Shown piece after piece: positions 19,160 through 26,482 of a DNA stretch of 64,000 nucleotides (the first letter of the stretch is position 1; every line of letters starts with the position of its first letter). Both the position numbers and the translations under genes were made by a program. Source of the stretch: Verrucomicrobiia bacterium. Lineage in GTDB: Bacteria; Verrucomicrobiota; Verrucomicrobiia; Limisphaerales; UBA8199. The notes under the pieces are model-generated. The model saw only the letters and a program-made list of their open reading frames with translations, was not told the DNA's origin and did not search any database. The stretch is taken from assembly GCA_035946615.1 (NCBI GenBank), contig DASYZB010000008.1, positions 40,273 to 104,272 of the forward strand, read 5' to 3'.

Positions 19160-20590
19160 TTATTCTTTCGGTTGAATGCTGGCCTCGAGCTGCGATGGGA
19201 CAGGCTTCACCGTCGCGCGGTGGCGTTGGACTTCCTGCTCCAAATCGGCCAGCGCATCCTGGTGCTCCTCTGCGATGTTAAAGCGCTCGCCCGGGTCCTG
19301 TTCAAGATCGAACAACAGCGGCGGATCATGCGGCACCGCCTTGTCAGGGCCATAACCGGATTTAGTCACAAAATGCGCTTTATAGGCCCTTTTGCGCACT
19401 GCAAACAAGCGCGCACCCCGGTAATAAAAGAAACTCTGTCGCTGGCTGGGACCGTTGCCGAACAGGATAGGCGCCATATCAACCCCATCAATCACACGGT
19501 CGGATGGCATTTGTGCGCCTGCCAACTTCAGGCTGGTGGTGAACAGGTCCATGGTGCAGGCCAGTTCGTGGCTGACGATACCGCTGGGAACCCGCCCGGG
19601 CCACCAGGCGATGCCGGGCTCGCGCATGCCCCCTTCCCAGGTCGAGCCCTTGCCATCGCGCAAGGGACCGGCCGAGCCTCCCGCCCGGCCCTGGATCAGC
19701 CATGGACCGTTGTCACTGGTGAAAAAGACGAATGTGTTTTTATCGAGCCCTTCCTGGCGCAACGCATCGAGCACCTGGCCTACGCTCCAATCCACTTCCT
19801 CGACCACATCTCCGTACAGTCCGCGGCGGCTGTGGCCTTTGAATTTTCCCGAAGCAAACAGTGGCACGTGAGGAAAGGTGTGCGCGAGGTACACGAAGAA
19901 TGGGCTCGAACGATGCTCATGGATGAACTGGATGGCCTCATGGGTGTAGCGGCGGGTCAGGGTCGTCTGGTCGGCCGGTTGCTCGATGAGTTGCTCGTTG
20001 CGAAACAGGGGGGCAGCCCACCACTCGGGGTCCTGGTCCAGGCGACCGGGGGCGCCCTTGGGTGCTTTGGGGGTGGGGTTCATGTCGTTCGAGTGCGGCA
20101 GGCCAAAATAGTAATCGAAACCGTGCCGGCGCGGATTGTGAGCCGGGTTATTCATATAGTTGCCCAGGTGCCACTTGCCGATGCAGGCGGTGGCGTAGCC
20201 GCGCGTTTTGAGCGCCTGGGCGATGGTAATTTCGTCGGCGGGCAGCCCCCCGGCGGCATCCCGGCGAAGGACGCGGAAACGGTTATCGCACATGCCGCTG
20301 CGGATGGGGTAACGTCCCGTGAGCAGGGCGGCCCGGCTGGGGGTGCAGACTTCGCCGGCGGAATAGAAATCGGTGAAGCGGATGCCTTGGGCGGCCATGC
20401 GGTCCAGGTTGGGAGTATGAATGCTCGGATGCCCGTAGCAGCCGAGGTCGCCCCAGCCCATGTCGTCAGCCAGAATGATAATGATGTTCGGGCTGCTTGT
20501 CGGATTAGCCGATTCAGCGGCTGTGCCCGAGGCGCTCAGGACAATGGCGCTCAGCAGCGAGACCGCCAGCGGGACCAGGCGTGATTTCAT
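19160..20590 (-). CDS. arylsulfatase-family sulfatase (formylglycine-dependent)
   Basis: The sulfatase signature CTPSRAALLTGRYPIRSG is present together with IIILADDMGWGDLG and GKWHLG. A signal peptide begins at MKSRLVPLAVSLLSAIVLSASG (ATG 20590). Confidence 0.9.
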   Translation of the reverse strand: MKSRLVPLAVSLLSAIVLSASGTAAESANPTSSPNIIIILADDMGWGDLGCYGHPSIHTPNLDRMAAQGIRFTDFYSAGEVCTPSRAALLTGRYPIRSGMCDNRFRVLRRDAAGGLPADEITIAQALKTRGYATACIGKWHLGNYMNNPAHNPRRHGFDYYFGLPHSNDMNPTPKAPKGAPGRLDQDPEWWAAPLFRNEQLIEQPADQTTLTRRYTHEAIQFIHEHRSSPFFVYLAHTFPHVPLFASGKFKGHSRRGLYGDVVEEVDWSVGQVLDALRQEGLDKNTFVFFTSDNGPWLIQGRAGGSAGPLRDGKGSTWEGGMREPGIAWWPGRVPSGIVSHELACTMDLFTTSLKLAGAQMPSDRVIDGVDMAPILFGNGPSQRQSFFYYRGARLFAVRKRAYKAHFVTKSGYGPDKAVPHDPPLLFDLEQDPGERFNIAEEHQDALADLEQEVQRHRATVKPVPSQLEASIQPKE

Positions 20591-20661
20591 CGTAAGCCGA
20601 TAATGAATCATTGGGTTGAATTGACAACGAGAATCGCAGAAGGCCGGCGCCAGGCACGCCA

Positions 20662-20766
20662 GGTCTTACAATGAAAAATCCGGACATTCAACGTCCAACA
20701 TCGAATGTCGAACGTGGGGTCCTCTGCGTTCAAGGTTGGAGGTTCGGCGTTCAATGTTCGATGTTC
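20662..20766 (+). repeat. TCGAAC-rich palindromic intergenic element, copy 2
   Basis: The sequence ggtcttacaatgaaaaatccggacattcaacgtccaacatcgaatgtcgaacgtgggg...ggttcggcgttcaatgttcgatgttc aligns with the reverse complement of copy 1. It contains the ATG at 20671 that the ORF track uses as a start. Confidence 0.8.
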
Positions 20767-20781
20767 CGGGTCGCTTTTGAG

Positions 20782-20809
20782 CTTCATCCTTCATCCCTCA
20801 TCCTTCATC
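20782..20809 (+). repeat. 4 x 7-bp tandem repeat CTTCATC (third unit CCTCATC)
   Basis: Read directly as cttcatc cttcatc cctcatc cttcatc. It ends 8 nt before ATG 20818. Confidence 0.9.
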
Positions 20810-20817
20810 CTGCCCTT

Positions 20818-23115
20818 ATGAAGCTTTCCTTCATTTTGCTGGCGAGTTTTGCGGCGGCTGTATCGGGCGCCCAAACCGGCCCAAGCCCTGTTCTCCCGAC
20901 AAACGCCGCGCCCCCCCAATGGGCATCGCCAAGCCAGCCACAAGTCACCGCTGCCGCGGTGAACGTTCGTTCCAAAGACCTTGAACTAACCCAAACCCCA
21001 AATGCCTTGGGCGCCTTTGTTATCAGGGTAGCAGGAAAAGCGATGGCCATCGGCCAGAACCATCCCATGCTCGGTTATGTCCTGGATGGCCAACTGCGCT
21101 GGCTGGATTTGAGCAGCGCCGCAGACAGGACGTTCGCCGTCCACAAGCAGGCCAACGGCATCCGCGCCACGTTCGAATGCCTGGATGCCGATGGCGCGCG
21201 CTGGCAAATCGAGCAGCAACTCACTCCCGGGTCGATCCCGGGAGCCATTCATTTTAACGTGGAGGTCGGCGTTGACCACGACCGCGCGGTGGCGTTTCTG
21301 CCGATGCTGATGCTTTTCCCCGGGGCCGGTAGTTTCGGAACCACGAAAGGGCAGGCGCTGTTTGCAGGATTGGAGTATTTGGAAAATGAGCCCAGCAGCT
21401 CGGAAGCCGACGTAATCGGTCCGGCGTCGAAACGGCAGGTGCCGGACGATTTGAAAATCACCTTCCCTCTCATGGCTATTCAGAACGACGGCTGTTACCT
21501 GGCTTTGGTGTGGCAAATGCGGCCTTATCTGGCGGCGCTCTTTGATTCGCCCGACCGGTTCCTTGGCTCCGGCGGCCATGTTATGGGCCTGCTCTTTCCG
21601 GGGTCGGACGGAAAGAACCGGCAGGAGGGCAGTCTCCTGCCGCGCATGAGCCAGTTGCTTCACGCGCGCCAGCCTGTTTCGTTGCGCGCCACCCTGCTGG
21701 GCGGCAAAGGCGACAGCGTTGTTCCTGCCCTCAAGCAGTACGTCTCGCTGCGCGGTCTGCCGCCGTTGCCGGCGCCAAGCTTCGATTTGGCGCATTATGC
21801 CCCGGCCGCCGCCGGCGGCTGGCTCAATTCAAAAATCCGCGAAGGCGCTCTGTTTCATCATGCGGTGGCTGGCGGTCATTTCCCACTTGGCCATGCAGCC
21901 GACGCCGGCATGTGGATGGACTGGCTTGCCGCCCATACAGAGCAGGCCGAATTGGCCCAGCGCTTGAGGGAAGCTGCCAAGCAAGTCATCGCGGAAGTGC
22001 CCCCGGCGGACCTGAATGCAGCGGGCATCGGCCACGTGCGCTATCCCGCGCCGTCGCTGGTCTATGGCGATGTGGCCGAGAACGCCGCGCGCGCCGAGCA
22101 GGCCGGGCGCGCCGTGCTGTCGGTATTCGAGCCGGATGGTTCGGTCATCTATCATCCGCGCCCCGGCGGACCGGATTTCAGCAAAACCCATTTCAGCCAT
22201 GAAGCCACCGGGTTGACTGCGCGCTCGGTGGTTGATTTGCTGGAAGCGGCGGCCTTTTCAGGCGACTCTGCGCTCATTGACGCCGGCCTCAAACGGCTCC
22301 GGGCGATGGACAAATTCCGCAACGGCGTTCCACGTGGCGCCCAGACCTGGGAATGCCCCCTGCACACCCCTGATATTCTCGCCTCGGCGCTGATGGTGCG
22401 CGCTTACACGCTGGGTTTCCAATTGAGCGGCGACCGCGCTTTCCTTGAACAGGCCCAGTACTGGGCCTGGACCGGTCTGCCGTTCGTGTATCTGGTCAGT
22501 CCAACAGCGCACCCGGTTGGGCTGTACGCCACTATCGCCGTCTTTGGCGCCACGCATTGGCAGGCGCCTGTTTGGCTCGGGCTGCCGGTTCAATGGTGCG
22601 GCCTGGTTTATGCCGATGCCCTCTACCGGCTCGAACGCGTCGAGCCCGGTGGTCCATGGAAAAAAGTGGCCGATGGCATCACCATCTCCGGGATTCAACA
22701 AACCTGGCCGCCAAGCGACACAGACCTGCAGGGCCTGCTGCCCGACTCCTTTGTGCTGCGGACTCAACACCGCAACGGGCCGGCTATAAACCCTGCCACG
22801 GTCGAGGCCTGCGCCGTGCGTTACTTTGGCCAAACGCCGGTTTATGATTTCTGGTCCTTTCAAAAAAACGGGGTGCGGGTCCACGCGCCTGGTGAAATCA
22901 AGAATCCCACCGAGCAGCCAGGCCGCGTGCGGTTTGAGGTCGATACGTGGCTGGACAAACCCTATTATGTGCTGGTGAATGGCCTGACTAAAAAGCCGCA
23001 GATTAAAATCAATGGCAAACTCACGGAGTGCGCCCCGCCGCATCAACTGCTCGAAAAAGAGGGCCGCCTCATCCTGCGCATGGAAGGCAAGCCCCAGGTC
23101 GAGTTGGGATTTTGA
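20818..23115 (+). CDS. secreted protein of unknown function (765 aa)
   Basis: I prefer the start at ATG 20818 (MKLSFILLASFAAAVSGAQ, signal-like). The track ORF start at 20671 lies inside the repeat element. The C-terminal half has helical-repeat character (..WECPLHTPDILASALMVRAYTLGF..), but I cannot assign a family. Confidence 0.6.
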   Translation: MKLSFILLASFAAAVSGAQTGPSPVLPTNAAPPQWASPSQPQVTAAAVNVRSKDLELTQTPNALGAFVIRVAGKAMAIGQNHPMLGYVLDGQLRWLDLSSAADRTFAVHKQANGIRATFECLDADGARWQIEQQLTPGSIPGAIHFNVEVGVDHDRAVAFLPMLMLFPGAGSFGTTKGQALFAGLEYLENEPSSSEADVIGPASKRQVPDDLKITFPLMAIQNDGCYLALVWQMRPYLAALFDSPDRFLGSGGHVMGLLFPGSDGKNRQEGSLLPRMSQLLHARQPVSLRATLLGGKGDSVVPALKQYVSLRGLPPLPAPSFDLAHYAPAAAGGWLNSKIREGALFHHAVAGGHFPLGHAADAGMWMDWLAAHTEQAELAQRLREAAKQVIAEVPPADLNAAGIGHVRYPAPSLVYGDVAENAARAEQAGRAVLSVFEPDGSVIYHPRPGGPDFSKTHFSHEATGLTARSVVDLLEAAAFSGDSALIDAGLKRLRAMDKFRNGVPRGAQTWECPLHTPDILASALMVRAYTLGFQLSGDRAFLEQAQYWAWTGLPFVYLVSPTAHPVGLYATIAVFGATHWQAPVWLGLPVQWCGLVYADALYRLERVEPGGPWKKVADGITISGIQQTWPPSDTDLQGLLPDSFVLRTQHRNGPAINPATVEACAVRYFGQTPVYDFWSFQKNGVRVHAPGEIKNPTEQPGRVRFEVDTWLDKPYYVLVNGLTKKPQIKINGKLTECAPPHQLLEKEGRLILRMEGKPQVELGF

Positions 23116-23154
23116 TCGGCGAGGCAATGACAATGCGGGTTCCACACTTTTGTC

Positions 23155-23230
23155 GGAGACGACGTAAGGAGTCTCTGAAGAAAACTGTCCGCCGTCTGGC
23201 TTATGATCAGAGACTCCTTACGTCGTCTCC
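23155..23230. repeat. perfect 24-bp inverted repeat with a 28-nt spacer
   Basis: ggagacgacgtaaggagtctctga (23155-23178) is the exact reverse complement of tcagagactccttacgtcgtctcc (23207-23230). The element lies between stop 23115 and ATG 23238. Confidence 0.9.
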
Positions 23231-23237
23231 TACATTC

Positions 23238-24800
23238 ATGAAAGAAATACATTTTTTCCTCATTGCTCTTTCGCTCGTTTTTGGCGTCTGCTTCGGAGCA
23301 TCCGCCGGTGCGACGCCAACTCACATCACGCAAACCAATCGCCCTGTCGTTTTCAAGGAATGGCCTTTAGCCGGGTTTCCCTCTGGGAAATTGGCTGAAC
23401 TCAAGGTCAGTGCCGATAACCAGCATCTGGCCTTTGCGTTCGAAGAGGACACAAAATGGATTGTTTCGCGTGATGGCGTCGAGGGCGAACCCTACGATAA
23501 AATCAGCGACGTGCTCTTCAGCACCGATAGCCAGCACCTGGTTTATGTGGGCAGGCGCGGCAAGCGGTCTGTGGCGGTGTTGGACGGGAAGCCGCAGAAA
23601 TTCTATGAAGGCATTGGACCGGGGTGCGTGGCCTTTAGCCCCGATAGCCGCCACCTGGCTTATATGGCCAGGCAACAGGGCAAATGGCTTGCGGTCCTCG
23701 ATGGCCAGGAAGGCAAAGGCTACGAGCGGATTGGCCGAACCGTCCCGTTGTTCAGCCCGGACAGCCGGCGCCTCGCTTACCCGGCTCTGGACAAAACGAA
23801 TTGTTTCATGGTTATCGACGGGAAGGAAGACATGCCCTGCGATGGCACCGGTCCATTCCGCTTTAGCCCGGATGGCCGGCATTATGGCTACGTCGTGCCC
23901 CGAGCCGACTCCTACGCCGTCGTGCTCGATGGAAAAGCGACTGACTTCGCCGCTGTCCTCAACGGAGGAGTCATTTTCAGCGCGGACAGCCAGCACTCGA
24001 TGTTCGCCGCCTGCAAACTGACCCGGAAAATGCGTGTGTATGTGGATGGCAAGCCGGGCGAGGAGTTTGAATTATTCACGAGCGGGTGCCTGGCCTTCAG
24101 CCCGAATGGTCGGCGGATGGCTTGGGGCGGTTATCGCGGTGGCTGGCGCATGGTTGTGGATGGACATGAGAGCCCGGCCTACGACGCCCTTATGGCCGAC
24201 AGCCTTTTGTTCAGTCCAAACAGCGAGCATGTCGCCTATGCAGTTCTGCGAAGCAATCAGTGGTTTGTGGTCGAGGACGGCAAAGAGAGCGCCCGCTATG
24301 ATGGCATCGGCGCGCACACCCTGGTTTTCAGCCCGGACAGCAAACACTTCGCCTTCTCAGCGGGTCTTCGAGGGAAATCGGTAGCTGTAGTCGATGACAA
24401 GGAAAGCGAGCCGTACAACGGATTTGGCGCGCACGGGATTGTATTCAGCCCGGATAGCCGGCACTGGGCCTATGCCGTCCAACGAGGGACGGCCTGGTGT
24501 GTCATCCTGGACGGCAAGAGCAGCAAAGAGTACGTCGGCATCGCTCTGAGACCGTTCTGTTTCAGCGACGATGGCGCGCATTTTGGGTTTTTGGCCGGAC
24601 GTGAGGATGGCTCGGTTTTGGTTGTTGATGGTCAGGAAAGCAATCCCTACGGGCAGGTCCTCGTTCCGCCTGCTGACTCGGGGAGCGTGAAGAGCTTTAG
24701 CATGCTAGCCGTAAACAAGGATAAAACCGGGAGTAAACAGTTCGTGAGGGTTACGGCGGGGGTGCAAGGGACCGCTGCCAGGTCGAACATCGAACATTGA
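23238..24800 (+). CDS. secreted PD40/TolB-type beta-propeller repeat protein
   Basis: The start MKEIHFFLIALSLVFGVCFGASAG is signal-like. Eleven ~38-40-aa repeats follow, with the core FSPDS.H.AY.......W.VV.DGKE...YD.I. Confidence 0.75.
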   Translation: MKEIHFFLIALSLVFGVCFGASAGATPTHITQTNRPVVFKEWPLAGFPSGKLAELKVSADNQHLAFAFEEDTKWIVSRDGVEGEPYDKISDVLFSTDSQHLVYVGRRGKRSVAVLDGKPQKFYEGIGPGCVAFSPDSRHLAYMARQQGKWLAVLDGQEGKGYERIGRTVPLFSPDSRRLAYPALDKTNCFMVIDGKEDMPCDGTGPFRFSPDGRHYGYVVPRADSYAVVLDGKATDFAAVLNGGVIFSADSQHSMFAACKLTRKMRVYVDGKPGEEFELFTSGCLAFSPNGRRMAWGGYRGGWRMVVDGHESPAYDALMADSLLFSPNSEHVAYAVLRSNQWFVVEDGKESARYDGIGAHTLVFSPDSKHFAFSAGLRGKSVAVVDDKESEPYNGFGAHGIVFSPDSRHWAYAVQRGTAWCVILDGKSSKEYVGIALRPFCFSDDGAHFGFLAGREDGSVLVVDGQESNPYGQVLVPPADSGSVKSFSMLAVNKDKTGSKQFVRVTAGVQGTAARSNIEH

Positions 24801-24850
24801 ACGTCGAACAACGCACATCGAAGGCCGGGCGTCGAACGTTCAAGGTTGAA
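24785..24850 (+). repeat. TCGAAC-rich element, copy 3 (shorter)
   Basis: gaacatcgaacattgaacgtcgaacaacgcacatcgaaggccgggcgtcgaacgttcaaggttgaag matches the first ~25 nt of copy 1 and keeps the TCGAAC/GTTCAA periodicity. It spans the stop of the upstream gene and the only candidate start of the downstream gene. Confidence 0.65.
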
Positions 24851-26482
24851 GCTCGGGCCCAGGCTGGCGCCAATAGGCCCGCCCTCTACATCGCGCTGGG
24901 GCTTTTGGTTGTTTTGGCCTTGGTCGTTTTTGTTCGAATTCGCCTGCTGCACACGCCGCTGGAACGCGATGAAGGCGAATACGCCTACGCAGGCCAGCTT
25001 TTGCTCGAAGGAATTCCCCCTTACCAGGACCTCTACAGCATGAAATGGCCTGGCACGTTCGCAGCCTATGCCGGCATCATGGGTTTGTTTGGCCAGAGCA
25101 TCGCCGCCATTCACCTGGGGTTGCTGCTAACGAATCTGGCCACTGCAGCGCTCCTTTTCTTTCTCGCGCGGCGCATCGCAGGAACCGTCGCAGGCCTCGT
25201 CGCTTCCGTCGCTTTCGCGCTCCTGGCGATTATTCCGGCCAGTTTCGGCCTGGCTGCTCACGCAACCCATTTTGTTCTGCTGCCTGCGCTGGGCGGCGTC
25301 CTTCTGCTCGAACACCGGGAGGAACCTCGAGCTCGATGGCGCTTTGTTCTGGCCGGAATCCTGTTTGGTTTGGCGGCTCTGATGAAGCAAGCCGGCGCGG
25401 CATTTGGCCTCTTCGGTGTCGTTTGGGTTGGATACGAGGAACTCTCGCAACCGGGCAGGAACTCGAGCCGGTTTGCGCAACGCCTGGGTTGCCTGGTGGC
25501 AGGCGGTTTGTTGCCTTTGGTCCTCACGGCCTGGTGGTTGGCAGGGGCGGGAGTTTTCCACCGGTTTTGGGAATGGACCTTCGTGTATAGCAGGGCCTAC
25601 GTAAACATTCTTACACCCATGGCAGGCCTGCATCGGCTGTTCTCGAACGGCATGAACCTGGTCCGCGCCGCACCCGCCTTATGGGCCCTTGCCGCAGTGG
25701 GTTTGACGCTGCTTTGGTTCGACCGGTCATTGCGCCCGTGGCGATTCTTCATCCTTAGCTTTTTGTTTTTTTCTTTCGTTGCAGTTTGTCCGGGCTGGTA
25801 CTTCCGAGGCCATTATTTCATCGTGCTATTTCCCGCGGTGGCATTGCTTATAGCCGTGAGCGTGCGCGCTGGACCGGATTTGATGGGAACACAACGGCGG
25901 CTGCTGGGCGCGCTGCCGGTGCTTGTGTTTGGTTTGGCGGCGCTGGGGCTCTTTTATCGTTCCCGCGCGATTTTTTTCCGCCTGACACCAACCCAAATTT
26001 CGCGGGATATTTATGCGTTGAACCCGTTTCCCGAGGCAATCGAGATCGGGCGCTACCTGAAGTCGCATTGCCCGCCCGACGCGCGCGTGGCGGTAGTCGG
26101 TTCGGAGCCCGAGATTTATTTCTACAGCCATCGCCGTTCGGCCACGGGTTATGTCTATACTTACCCGCTGATGGAACCGCAGCCGTATGCGAGGGCAATG
26201 CAGCAGGAGATGATTCACGAACTGCAACAGGCCAAACCGGATTATTTTGTATTCGTTTCCCAGCCTTCTTCCTGGCTGCCCCAACCGGGCTCCGACGTGT
26301 CGGTCATGGAGTGGTTTATTAATTATCGCCAGGAGCACCTCGATTCGGTGGGCCTGGTCGATATCCTGCCGGATGGGACGACCCAATTTTCCTGGTCGGG
26401 GACGAATAACCCGCGCTCGGATCAATGGTTGCAAATCTACAAGAGCAGACCAGCGCCCCAACCGCTGCAGGAGGCCCGGTGA
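24797..26482 (+). CDS. GT-C fold membrane glycosyltransferase (ArnT/PMT-like, GT39/GT83-type)
   Basis: The protein is polytopic. Its first-loop motif is HTPLERDEGEYAYAGQLLLEGIPPYQDLYSMKWPG, which fits the DE..Y...G.PPY...K.P pattern of ArnT/PMT-type enzymes. The start is uncertain: TTG 24797 is the only in-frame start candidate upstream of TM1. Confidence 0.6.
   Translation: MNVEQRTSKAGRRTFKVEARAQAGANRPALYIALGLLVVLALVVFVRIRLLHTPLERDEGEYAYAGQLLLEGIPPYQDLYSMKWPGTFAAYAGIMGLFGQSIAAIHLGLLLTNLATAALLFFLARRIAGTVAGLVASVAFALLAIIPASFGLAAHATHFVLLPALGGVLLLEHREEPRARWRFVLAGILFGLAALMKQAGAAFGLFGVVWVGYEELSQPGRNSSRFAQRLGCLVAGGLLPLVLTAWWLAGAGVFHRFWEWTFVYSRAYVNILTPMAGLHRLFSNGMNLVRAAPALWALAAVGLTLLWFDRSLRPWRFFILSFLFFSFVAVCPGWYFRGHYFIVLFPAVALLIAVSVRAGPDLMGTQRRLLGALPVLVFGLAALGLFYRSRAIFFRLTPTQISRDIYALNPFPEAIEIGRYLKSHCPPDARVAVVGSEPEIYFYSHRRSATGYVYTYPLMEPQPYARAMQQEMIHELQQAKPDYFVFVSQPSSWLPQPGSDVSVMEWFINYRQEHLDSVGLVDILPDGTTQFSWSGTNNPRSDQWLQIYKSRPAPQPLQEAR

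Noticed and set aside
19172-20584. 470-aa plus-strand ORF.
   Set aside because: It is antisense to the sulfatase gene, which carries the CTPSRAALLTGRY signature. It is a shadow ORF.
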